Positions 46,026-55,111 of a DNA stretch of 64,000 nucleotides are shown in pieces. The DNA comes from a virus. Numbering within the stretch: the first letter of the stretch is position 1; each line of letters starts with the position of its first letter. Location of the stretch: positions 1-64,000 of the IMG/VR virus record IMGVR_UViG_3300028829_005098. One strand, written 5' to 3'. The notes below the pieces were generated by a model. The model had not been told where the DNA came from, did no database searches, and saw only the letters and a program-made list of their open reading frames with translations. The position numbers and the translations under genes are program-made.

Positions 46026-46083
46026 TGTTTAACCTTTTTAATATGCCAATTTACATTAAATAATATTTAGTAATATATGTCAA

Positions 46084-46689
46084 TTAAAAATCCGCATCAC
46101 TGGCAGCATTAATTAAATCACCCCCATCAAAGCTTTGAAGGGGTCCTAATGGATTTCTTTGCTTTTCTAATTTATCTATATTTTTTTCACCTGAATATAA
46201 AACATACTCCACCACATCATCTACAATCATAATTAAGCACGAAAACTTCCATCCTGTGATGTGTGTATCTTTTCTGAAATTTAATGCATCTAATAGATAA
46301 CTTCCCTCTCGTTGTTTTACAATTCTTTCAAGATTAACTTCATATGCTTTTAACTTTTCACGTGCAGCCAAACTTGTTATAACTCCCTCAGGTAAATCAA
46401 TATTATTAAATAATGTGTATCGTGAGGGACTATCTAATTTAAACTTTGACATAATATCAAGATAAGTTAATTTTTTTACATTTGCCATATTTTCTAAATC
46501 TATCCCCATATCCAATAAATCTTTATTTGTAGTTTTTCCTAGTTCAATTTTACCTATATCGTTTTCTATTGTATCAAAACTCATATATTTTGATTCAGTA
46601 TAAGTCACAGAACTTGGAAGTAATCTTTTATTATTACATCCACATAAAAGTAAAGCACACAAACAAATTGTTATATTTAATATTTTCAT
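46084..46689 (-). CDS. Predicted lipoprotein
   Basis: Signal peptide with lipobox LLLCG-C; GGAG RBS; C-terminal RNPLGPLQ. Confidence 0.7.
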   Translation of the reverse strand: MKILNITICLCALLLCGCNNKRLLPSSVTYTESKYMSFDTIENDIGKIELGKTTNKDLLDMGIDLENMANVKKLTYLDIMSKFKLDSPSRYTLFNNIDLPEGVITSLAAREKLKAYEVNLERIVKQREGSYLLDALNFRKDTHITGWKFSCLIMIVDDVVEYVLYSGEKNIDKLEKQRNPLGPLQSFDGGDLINAASDADF

Positions 46690-46699
46690 TTTTAATCTC

Positions 46700-48295
46700 C
46701 TATTGTAATAACCAATCTAAACTCTCAGTTCCTCCGTGTGGATTTCTCATTTCATATGGATTACTTGCTAAACCAGAGTTGTGATAGTTTTTTCCTACGT
46801 TCATGTTTGTTGTACTTCCCATATAATCAAATAAACTTTTTTGAGTTTGGACATTTTCATTTCTAAATCTAAGTGCAGTATCACGAACCCACAGAGATAT
46901 ACACAAACTCATTACCAAATCATCATTATATCCTTGCATTGCTTCTGCTCGTTGTCCGTTCCATATAAAAGTAAATAATTCATCCGTTGTTCGTTCTGAT
47001 AAAATGTTAACTTCCTTTTCACGAATATATTGTTCCATTTTACTAATAATAAGTGGACGTGTTTTAATAGATGTTGTGAAACCAGGAACTTGTTTCTTTT
47101 CCATACGATTTAGTTTATTGGTATGTTGTGAAAATTCATCTATATACTGATAATCACGTTGTGTATAATATAAATTGTTGTATCCTTTATCTATAATTTG
47201 TTGCAATACTGCCCAACCTATATTGGCATTTTCCACAACTAATAATGCTCCGTTGAATTCACTTGCCACCGCAACCAAAAGGTTTCCAAAGTCTTTAGTT
47301 TCAATTTCACCTTTAAATTCAGCAACTTGCTTTACATTTTCTACATCAAATACATGAAATGCACTTTTGTCACGTCCATCTCCACGTGCAACATCGGCTG
47401 CTACTACATAATCTTTGTTATGATTGGGATATTCCCATATCCAATATTCTTTATTTGCACCTCGTTTTTCAACAGGTTCTTGTACCATATTTTCTTTATA
47501 CCATTCTAACAAACTTGCATCTACAACAGAACGACCACTGCTAATAAAGTCACAATCACATTCTTGCGCCGCATCTTTTTCACCAAGAACTTTTGTTTGT
47601 AAATCTCTCCACTTTTGATCTCTATCAGGATGCAATGACCAATGCAAATTGATTGGATTAAAGTCATTTGATCCGTCCATAGTACCAACCCAAGTTTTGT
47701 GGAAAAAATTACCGATACCATTTGGAGTAGATAATAGAATAGAACGACCACCCGTTGTAATTGTAGATTGCGATGCAGTCCATATGTCTTCCATGTTTGT
47801 AATAAACGCACACTCGTCCACGATAAGTAAACTCAATGATGACGAACGAGAAGCATCTACACTACTTGAAGCCGCACGAATATTACTTCCGTTTTTAAAA
47901 CGCATACTAAGTTTGTTTTTTTCTGTACACTCATTTCTCAACCAACTTGGTAAATGTTCGGACATATGGGTTACTTTAGTAACAATATTTTTTGCAGTTT
48001 CTTGGTTAATAGCAATACACAAAATAGATTTATCTGTAAAAAAGGTCATTAACCACAATGCATAACCAGATACAAGTGTAGATATACCCATTTGTCTTGC
48101 TTTTAATACAATATTAAATTGTTCGTCACGAAAACTTTCAAGGGTTTTTGATTGAAAATCGTATAATGCAAATGGAATAGTACCCAGTGTAGGGTGTTGA
48201 ATTTTGCAGTATTTTTTCATAAAGTATGAAGGTGACTTCAAACACTCAGCATACTCTTCTTTGATTATTTCTCTTAATGGTTTATTAGTTGCCAT
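46700..48295 (-). CDS. gp17: Terminase large subunit (T4 gp17-like)
   Basis: LYDFQ, KARQMGIST, LLIVDECAF, LSTPNG, QECDCDF, ADVARGDGRD, VVENAN, DDLVMS. Confidence 0.96.
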   Translation of the reverse strand: MATNKPLREIIKEEYAECLKSPSYFMKKYCKIQHPTLGTIPFALYDFQSKTLESFRDEQFNIVLKARQMGISTLVSGYALWLMTFFTDKSILCIAINQETAKNIVTKVTHMSEHLPSWLRNECTEKNKLSMRFKNGSNIRAASSSVDASRSSSLSLLIVDECAFITNMEDIWTASQSTITTGGRSILLSTPNGIGNFFHKTWVGTMDGSNDFNPINLHWSLHPDRDQKWRDLQTKVLGEKDAAQECDCDFISSGRSVVDASLLEWYKENMVQEPVEKRGANKEYWIWEYPNHNKDYVVAADVARGDGRDKSAFHVFDVENVKQVAEFKGEIETKDFGNLLVAVASEFNGALLVVENANIGWAVLQQIIDKGYNNLYYTQRDYQYIDEFSQHTNKLNRMEKKQVPGFTTSIKTRPLIISKMEQYIREKEVNILSERTTDELFTFIWNGQRAEAMQGYNDDLVMSLCISLWVRDTALRFRNENVQTQKSLFDYMGSTTNMNVGKNYHNSGLASNPYEMRNPHGGTESLDWLLQ

Positions 48296-48300
48296 CGAGA

Positions 48301-48308
48301 ATAAATAT
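48301..48308 (-). promoter_or_regulatory. ATATTTAT putative late promoter 5 nt upstream of terminase ATG
   Basis: Recurrent motif; no RBS between it and the start codon. Confidence 0.6.
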
Positions 48309-48354
48309 ATATGTATTTAATTTTCTATAATATAAAAAAGTTTAGAGGTATCGT

Positions 48355-48981
48355 CTAAAATTTTATATTTTCATACTCTAGTAGATCAGTTTCTACTTCA
48401 CGTAATCTTTTTTCAAGTTCTTCTAAATCATTCTCTAGGTCATTTATGACTTTAGATTTATCAGGAAGAGTCCATTGTTCTAATGTACCATTTTCATTTA
48501 AGAACTCAGGATCATCGTTTATATACTTTTTAGATTCGACAAGTTTTGTACGTGTTTCAAATAAAAAACTTCGTTCGTTTTCAAGCATAGTCTTTTTTTC
48601 ATATGCTTCGTATTTACCTTCATCTTTTAATTTTTGTTCATATTCATAAACACAATCAAAACACATACCTTTTTTTGCAAGCATTTTTTTATCAAGATAT
48701 TTGCTTGGGTCACAGGTACAAACCTCTTTAGGACAATTTGGTGCTTCTCGTAGACTTTTACGAACTTTATCAAAAAGAGTTTCAGTTCTTACTTTTGTAT
48801 TATCTCCGATTTGCTTCCACTCTTTACCATCGGAGTCTGTCCAAATTTCACCGATTTCTTTTTTTTCGTATTTATTGTTTTCTCCTTCGTATCCATGTAC
48901 TTTAGGAATTTCTTCACCTTTAAATAATTTACGAGAACGTTTAATAACGTACTTCAGATCGTCTTTATCCATTTTTGCCAT
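48355..48981 (-). CDS. Hypothetical protein with Cys cluster
   Basis: GEIWTDSDGKEW, CPKEVCTC..GMCFDC; TTGACA-17-TTTAAT promoter at 48988-49016. Confidence 0.6.
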   Translation of the reverse strand: MAKMDKDDLKYVIKRSRKLFKGEEIPKVHGYEGENNKYEKKEIGEIWTDSDGKEWKQIGDNTKVRTETLFDKVRKSLREAPNCPKEVCTCDPSKYLDKKMLAKKGMCFDCVYEYEQKLKDEGKYEAYEKKTMLENERSFLFETRTKLVESKKYINDDPEFLNENGTLEQWTLPDKSKVINDLENDLEELEKRLREVETDLLEYENIKF

Positions 48982-49004
48982 GAGTTTATTAAAACACTAT
49001 TATA

Positions 49005-49412
49005 CTATTTTGTCAAAAGGAAATTAAACTTTTTTATGGATTCTTTTAAAAAACAATTTATCAAAAAGTTATGATATTGTTTTCTGTATTTTTCTTTTTG
49101 TTTTTCTGTAATATCTCTTTTTAAAAATGATAGTTCGTTTGAGCATATTTCTTCATCGTAAATATCATATTCTAATATTGAAAATATTTGTTTCAACGAC
49201 AGATGAGTTTCGTAGTAGTTATATGAATTTCGTATTATTAACTGAATATACTTTGAACGTTCTCGTATTTCTTCTATAAATTCTCTGTCAAGATAGGGAA
49301 TTTTTTGTGGAAGAGTTGCACGATGTGATGTATTAAATAATACAATAACTTCATTTAATACGTCATAAACTTCTTGTGCAGTTAAATAAAGATTTCCATT
49401 TAATTTAATCAT
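49005..49412 (-). CDS. Hypothetical protein
   Basis: 135-aa ORF overlapping the upstream stop. Confidence 0.45.
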   Translation of the reverse strand: MIKLNGNLYLTAQEVYDVLNEVIVLFNTSHRATLPQKIPYLDREFIEEIRERSKYIQLIIRNSYNYYETHLSLKQIFSILEYDIYDEEICSNELSFLKRDITEKQKEKYRKQYHNFLINCFLKESIKKFNFLLTK

Positions 49413-50649
49413 TATTGTTTTTAAACTTTTTTCTATCGTAGACTTTTTTACTTTTCATAGGTCTACTACTAGGAAGTGTAGGTTTGCGAATCTTTTTATA
49501 TGCATCCATTTTTGATATAAGTTTATTTCTTTTAGATTCCGACAATTTTTTAATTTTGTGAACAAGCATTTTTATATACTCCTTTTTGCTTCCTCTTCCT
49601 TTGAAGTATGAACTTTTATCACTTAACATTTTTGCAATATCAAGCATTCCTTGTAAGTCTTTTAAATTATCTTCTTTTTCTTTATCTTCCATTTTTAAAT
49701 CCTCGTCAATAGGTCCGTCTATTTTGGTAAATTCTACATAATAATTTCCATCACTATCTTGTATTATTTTACCACCAACTTCTTTTGAATGCTTTTTAGC
49801 ATCTTCTTTATTTTTAAATTTCAAAGGTTCTATATTACCATTTTTATTTGTACCAGATAAATTTGCTTCACCACCACCTACATTATGTTTACTTATATTA
49901 AACTCTTCGGTAAAAAATCTATTTTTATTTAGTGGTGATAAAGCCGCACTCGTTCCAATAGTAACTAAACGATTATATCTTATAAGTTGATCTATAATAG
50001 AAACAATGTTATTCATAAAAGGTTTTTTTTCAAGTTCAGGTATTTCTTTTTCTATATTACGAATTGTTTGTTGTAAATGACCTTTACCGAATTTTTCGTC
50101 TTTTATCATTTTTAGTATACCCGGATACTTTCGCTTTATTAGTTCGTATGTTTTCTTGACATTAAATTTTGTTTCACGTGAGTTAAACTTATCATGTACC
50201 ACTTTTGCAAGAGTTGTAGTTATCCCCACCACACCACCAACTGCAGCCACAATAGACGCAATCGTTAATGGATCAACCGATTCATTTATATTTACTTCTT
50301 TATCCGAACTGTTTCTTATTTTTGCTACCCTTGCTTTTTCCTTCTTCTTAACTGCGGGTAGCATTCGTTTTGCTAATTTAGCAACTAAACCTTTTTTATT
50401 TGCAAGTTTCTTATCGATCAATTCTTTCTGACCTACACTTAAATCTTTATAGGACTTTCCACCTGCCATCTTTTTTACTATTAGTGTTTTGGCAGCCTTC
50501 TCAGCAGATGCTTTTAACTTTGCAGGACTTTTCATTCTTTTGGCAAATAACTTTTTCTTGGCTGCTCGTTTTTTTGCAGTTCTTCTTGCGGCCTGAGAAA
50601 GTTTGCGTCTTGCGATTCTTGATAATTTTCTTTCTGCTTGGTCTTCCAT
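49405..50649 (-). CDS. Modular hypothetical protein with highly basic N-terminus (weak resemblance to T4 gp68-type core proteins)
   Basis: Lys/Arg/Ala-rich first 110 aa, hydrophobic segment after INE|S, further modules split by FTEE, IDE, LSE. Confidence 0.55.
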   Translation of the reverse strand: MEDQAERKLSRIARRKLSQAARRTAKKRAAKKKLFAKRMKSPAKLKASAEKAAKTLIVKKMAGGKSYKDLSVGQKELIDKKLANKKGLVAKLAKRMLPAVKKKEKARVAKIRNSSDKEVNINESVDPLTIASIVAAVGGVVGITTTLAKVVHDKFNSRETKFNVKKTYELIKRKYPGILKMIKDEKFGKGHLQQTIRNIEKEIPELEKKPFMNNIVSIIDQLIRYNRLVTIGTSAALSPLNKNRFFTEEFNISKHNVGGGEANLSGTNKNGNIEPLKFKNKEDAKKHSKEVGGKIIQDSDGNYYVEFTKIDGPIDEDLKMEDKEKEDNLKDLQGMLDIAKMLSDKSSYFKGRGSKKEYIKMLVHKIKKLSESKRNKLISKMDAYKKIRKPTLPSSRPMKSKKVYDRKKFKNNND

Positions 50650-50650
50650 A

Positions 50651-53158
50651 TCAGAATCTCATTATACCCATGATTTGGTTAATGGGAGCAAATGTTCCTG
50701 TAAGTTTATATGTTCCACCTTTGTATTGAAATACAACACCTTCTGTTGGTGCGATTGACTTGCTTCCTCCGATAGCATTTAAACGAGCAAGATTTTTATT
50801 TAGTTTCTCCATGTCTTTTTTAAACTTATCAGGAGATTCCACCGAACTTAGTTTCTTGCCTTCAAGTGTTTTAACATGAGCATCAAGTGCTTTTGCTATA
50901 TCATCACTTCCACCAGCCGCAACGAATCCTTTTACGTTCTGAAGAACTTCCGCACCTAATTTCAAAAAGATAAATTGAAATGGCCACATATTTTCTTCAA
51001 ATTGTTTTACTAAATCTTCTTTATCAAATTTATTAACCCATGCTTTTAATTTAGGTTGTTTTTCTAAATCCATACGAATTGTGGTAATTTTATTTGATTT
51101 GTCATTATATGCCCAACGACCTATCAATGCTTCAAATACTTTTGGTGGAAACGTTTCTTTTGATTTATTTTGTTGTTTATTTAATAAATCTCTCCACCAA
51201 GCATCGTGATACTTCATCACTTTATCGTTGTCTTTTAATTTAAATTTCTTTTTTAGTTTATCAAGCATTGCAGAATATTTTGAAAACGAATCACCAAAAC
51301 TTTTACTTTTAGGAAGTTCCACCACAATCGGTGCATTTAATGAATATCTTTTTTGAACATCTGCATTTACTTGCTTTAACATACCTTTAAGCATTCTAGC
51401 AGAGTCTTTTAATTCTGCGGTAATATCGTTTCCATCGGAATCTTCACTTACTGCTTTTCCTGCGGAATTGTATGCCTGTGTTCCGTGAAATACCAACATA
51501 TCTACATTCTGAGGAATAACATTTTGAGTTGCGGGTGTCATTACCTCTATATTCATAAAACGTTCACCTTCTTTGAATACCTTACTTCGTTGTTTTTCAC
51601 TCAACTTGGATATAGCAGATTCTAAATCAGTAACTGCACTCACGAACGCATCACGAATGTTTTCGGGACGATCAGCAAATATACTTTCAAATTCTTTTAC
51701 ATTAGGAGCGGCTGCACCTGCGTTTTTTAAATGCCCTTGATTTCTTGCAGCCACTAATTGTCCATCTTTCCAAGAAAACATTAAATTTTGACCATCTAGT
51801 TTTTCAGTTACTTCTTTTTCAACATTTAATTCACCAGACAACGACCTGCGAATCATTTCTTTTAAATCAGCAAATGTTAAATCCCGATCATCGAAAGGAT
51901 GACTCATATGACCAGCCGCACCTCCTTCTGTTAATAATACTTCGTTGATAGCATGACCTTCTACACCTTTATCTATTTCTTCATCATCTTCTGCTTTGTC
52001 GGTATCTATGGTATTTGTTCCTGATCTTAGATCTTCATCTCCTTGTTCATCTTTCTTACGAATTGATTTTTCAGAACCAAGAAAATCTACAAGTTTATAT
52101 CCTGCAGTTTCTGCAACACCATTTATGAAATTGACCCACTGAGTGTGTGCTGATTGTGATTTCTCAAAATCTATTTGATTCATTGGAGTATTTGCATCTA
52201 TATCTCCTGCAGGATAAAAACTTACCGCAGGAACTGGTCCTGCATATTTTCCCCATTCACGATAATCTGCATTACGACCTAATCCATGTTTTCCTACTAC
52301 ATAGTCAAGTAAATCATAACCTAATTGTTGTGCTCGTTTACTTGTATTTCCTTCGTATGATTGTCCAGGGTAAAACATACTTGGTCCATCGTCAACCATT
52401 GTTTTTCCAAGAGCAGAAATTGAACTTATTTCATTAAGAAGTGTCGGTATACTATTCACGAACTTCTTAAATTTTGGATATTCTTTTAAAAATCCTTCAA
52501 ATATTTCTTCATTTTCAAATAAAGTTGCAAACTTTTTTGTTAGATAGTCATAGATCTTTTCATCATACCAACCAAATAATTCTTTGAATGCTTGTTTTCT
52601 TTGTTCATCGGAATACTTTGGACTTCCAAGCAAGTCACGAATTCTTGTTCCACTTACTTCCCCACCGAGAACTTTAATGCTTACATGAGGAGCAACGATA
52701 AAGTATCCATGTTCTGCATATGGTTTTAATTTACCTTTATTTTTAACATATGACTGATAATAAGCAGGTGAACCATCTGCTTTCGTGGTTTTTAATCTAC
52801 CTGCATCTTTTTCTCCAAATATATAAATAACCGCAGTTGTGTTTGGATCATATTTTTTAAGTATCTCTTCACATACATATGGGTTTTTTACTTGAACTAC
52901 ATTTTTTACTTTGTGCTTTGTCCATATCATTTTCTTTTCTTTAAAGTTCAATGGACTTTTAGAAGAGTCGGTTTTATTGCTAGTTGCTACATATGCTTTA
53001 TCAAATTTTCCGTCCAACCATTTATAGGTTTTATAGTGATGCACACCCGCGGGTTGAAATCTACCTGGATAAATTCCAATTATTTTTCGTATTTTACCTT
53101 CGTTTAGTAGATTGTCTACAAGAAACTCAGATAATTTATCTGTGAAATCATCATTCAT
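50651..53158 (-). CDS. Fusion of HIGH-superfamily (cytidylyltransferase-like) nucleotidyltransferase and a ligase-fold (KxDG) domain
   Basis: IYPGRFQPAGVHH, SPLNFKEK, VSGTRIR; later GGAAGHMSHPFD, TEKLDGQN (motif I), FMNIEV, TEGVVF (motif IV), YKLTG (motif V). Confidence 0.7.
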   Translation of the reverse strand: MNDDFTDKLSEFLVDNLLNEGKIRKIIGIYPGRFQPAGVHHYKTYKWLDGKFDKAYVATSNKTDSSKSPLNFKEKKMIWTKHKVKNVVQVKNPYVCEEILKKYDPNTTAVIYIFGEKDAGRLKTTKADGSPAYYQSYVKNKGKLKPYAEHGYFIVAPHVSIKVLGGEVSGTRIRDLLGSPKYSDEQRKQAFKELFGWYDEKIYDYLTKKFATLFENEEIFEGFLKEYPKFKKFVNSIPTLLNEISSISALGKTMVDDGPSMFYPGQSYEGNTSKRAQQLGYDLLDYVVGKHGLGRNADYREWGKYAGPVPAVSFYPAGDIDANTPMNQIDFEKSQSAHTQWVNFINGVAETAGYKLVDFLGSEKSIRKKDEQGDEDLRSGTNTIDTDKAEDDEEIDKGVEGHAINEVLLTEGGAAGHMSHPFDDRDLTFADLKEMIRRSLSGELNVEKEVTEKLDGQNLMFSWKDGQLVAARNQGHLKNAGAAAPNVKEFESIFADRPENIRDAFVSAVTDLESAISKLSEKQRSKVFKEGERFMNIEVMTPATQNVIPQNVDMLVFHGTQAYNSAGKAVSEDSDGNDITAELKDSARMLKGMLKQVNADVQKRYSLNAPIVVELPKSKSFGDSFSKYSAMLDKLKKKFKLKDNDKVMKYHDAWWRDLLNKQQNKSKETFPPKVFEALIGRWAYNDKSNKITTIRMDLEKQPKLKAWVNKFDKEDLVKQFEENMWPFQFIFLKLGAEVLQNVKGFVAAGGSDDIAKALDAHVKTLEGKKLSSVESPDKFKKDMEKLNKNLARLNAIGGSKSIAPTEGVVFQYKGGTYKLTGTFAPINQIMGIMRF

Positions 53159-53673
53159 TTAGATTTCAAAACTTCAGATAAAATTGTTCTTATTTGTACT
53201 CGTAGCTTTTCTTCGTAAACTTTTCTTTCTACAAACTTATTGAATTCACCCTTTGACATATCAGATACATAATCTGCCATATCCTCAAATCCTTTTCGTT
53301 CTAACCAAGAAATAACTTTATCTTTTGCTTTTAATACACTTGAATGTAATCCTGACATAAAACTTATTGCTTTTTTATATTCTGGACTCGTTAACTTTAT
53401 TTCATTTACTTCTTTCATTTTTGTTTCCTCATATAGTGACATATAAAAATCTTCGTCAGAACTTGCGGATTGAAAATCACGATATGCTTGTTCTGCTTCT
53501 TTTCCCACGAGTATTACTTTGCCCCTTGGGAAGTATAATATTTCATCTCCTTTTTTAAATTTCACTCCTCCTTTTCTTAGTCTTCTTTGTACAGGTAATC
53601 TTTGTTCACCAGAAACTCCGTCATATTTTGACTTCATCCAAACTGGATCATCTTTATATCTTGCTTCGTTCAT
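53155..53673 (-). CDS. Hypothetical protein (start re-called at MNEARY)
   Basis: ATG directly after upstream stop; YKDDPVWM...KKGDEILYFP module; C-terminal KLRVQIRTILSEVL helix. Confidence 0.55.
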   Translation of the reverse strand: MNEARYKDDPVWMKSKYDGVSGEQRLPVQRRLRKGGVKFKKGDEILYFPRGKVILVGKEAEQAYRDFQSASSDEDFYMSLYEETKMKEVNEIKLTSPEYKKAISFMSGLHSSVLKAKDKVISWLERKGFEDMADYVSDMSKGEFNKFVERKVYEEKLRVQIRTILSEVLKSK

Positions 53674-53674
53674 A

Positions 53675-54028
53675 TCAGTCTTCAAAGTATTCAATTACTT
53701 TTCCTGTTTTAATATTATTTTTGCAGGCTTTTCGTTTATCACGATGTAGATGTGGTGCTTTATCAAGATACTCTGTGGTACAATGAAATATATAACCATC
53801 CACCACAGGACCTTCTGTTGTTTCTCCTTCACTATATACTCCGATAAATTTAAAGTCATCTTTTTCTTTTTTAACAAATTTGCTTGCAAGAGACTTTGCC
53901 CAATTTTCATTTCCTGCTTTTTTTGAAGAATAACTATATCTAGAATGATTTGGTGCTAGTTCAAGTCTCCAAGTTTCTCCAAGTTTTTCTTCTTGAATTA
54001 ATTCATCTAATATTTTTTCAAAATTCAT
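53675..54028 (-). CDS. Hypothetical protein
   Basis: ATGA-coupled to the kinase gene; N-terminal FEKILDELIQEE helix. Confidence 0.55.
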   Translation of the reverse strand: MNFEKILDELIQEEKLGETWRLELAPNHSRYSYSSKKAGNENWAKSLASKFVKKEKDDFKFIGVYSEGETTEGPVVDGYIFHCTTEYLDKAPHLHRDKRKACKNNIKTGKVIEYFED

Positions 54029-55068
54029 TTTTCACCCTTAAACTTTAATGAACGAATTTGGTGAAAGTATTTTACGATCTGATTCCTTGATAAATTCAGA
54101 CTTTCTACCAATCTCGATAATACCGCAAGATTTCTTCGTTCGTTTAATTTAAATTTTCTAATTACATAAATAGACCTACTCAAATGTCTTTCTAAATCCA
54201 TAGGAAGAACGACATCTTCCATAGAAACTATATCTAATTCCTCATTCACACGATTTCGTTTATCACCACTCTTAGTCATTTTATCATGTGCCATCATCAT
54301 TTGTATCCACTTTTTACCAATTGGATTTCGTATGGGTTTTGCAACAAATCGTGCAGTTGCTTTTAAAACGTGTGGAACTAAATCTAGTCTTCCTGGTTTC
54401 TTTTTACTACGAGTATCTTCAGAGTTATCTACAATAACAAAGTTTTTTCCAAATGAACCTTGAAACTTACCAAGATTTTTTTGTACATCGGTCCAAATAT
54501 CTTTTACTATTTTTCTTGGAAGTTTTCTTTTACGCATTGCGTTTCTTTGTTGTGCAACTTCAAGTGTTGTGTTAACAAACACCATATAACAATCGTATCC
54601 AAGTTTTTCTAGTTCTTTCTTTTGCTTAGATATTTTGTTATAGTTATCACCAGTTCCATCAACAATAACACCAAGACGATTATTTTTAAACATTTCAAAT
54701 TGTCTTAACATAATTTTCTTTGCACGGGAACGAATACTATTTGGATCACCACTTGTCACTTTGCTAAATGTTTCATCGTCCATTTTGGATAAATTTAAAT
54801 CGTATCCTGCTTTCTTTAGAAGTATTTCAAACGCAGGATCACTATTAACTATCTTTAACCCACTTGGAGACAAATTAGTTGCTTCGGGTGGAAAATCAAA
54901 TATTGTATCAACGGTAGCAGATTTACCAGATCCAGGACCTCCCGCTAAAAATACTGCTTTTAGAATACCAGGATCATACACACCCTCTACAAGTGTAAAA
55001 TATCCTTTACGCAATCCTGCTTTAATCAGGGTTTCTTTGACTTCTTGGTTTTTTTCGGAATCTTCCAT
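54025..55068 (-). CDS. P-loop kinase of the zeta-toxin / polynucleotide-kinase-like group
   Basis: KAVFLAGGPGSGKS, IVNSD..FE, VIVDGTG, VFVNTTLEVAQQRNAMRKR (lid), IVDNS. Confidence 0.75.
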   Translation of the reverse strand: MEDSEKNQEVKETLIKAGLRKGYFTLVEGVYDPGILKAVFLAGGPGSGKSATVDTIFDFPPEATNLSPSGLKIVNSDPAFEILLKKAGYDLNLSKMDDETFSKVTSGDPNSIRSRAKKIMLRQFEMFKNNRLGVIVDGTGDNYNKISKQKKELEKLGYDCYMVFVNTTLEVAQQRNAMRKRKLPRKIVKDIWTDVQKNLGKFQGSFGKNFVIVDNSEDTRSKKKPGRLDLVPHVLKATARFVAKPIRNPIGKKWIQMMMAHDKMTKSGDKRNRVNEELDIVSMEDVVLPMDLERHLSRSIYVIRKFKLNERRNLAVLSRLVESLNLSRNQIVKYFHQIRSLKFKGEK

Positions 55069-55088
55069 AAATACAATTCAGGTACATA

Positions 55089-55096
55089 ATAAATAT
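55089..55096 (-). promoter_or_regulatory. ATATTTAT putative late promoter heading the kinase-to-135aa gene run
   Basis: Recurrent motif, 20 nt upstream of ATG 55068. Confidence 0.55.
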
Positions 55097-55111
55097 ATAT
55101 CTAAATATGTT

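Noticed and set aside
48355-49412. Assigning a small terminase to one of the ORFs upstream of terL
   Set aside because: Position fits but no motif supports it, and the 208-aa gene has a sigma70-type promoter
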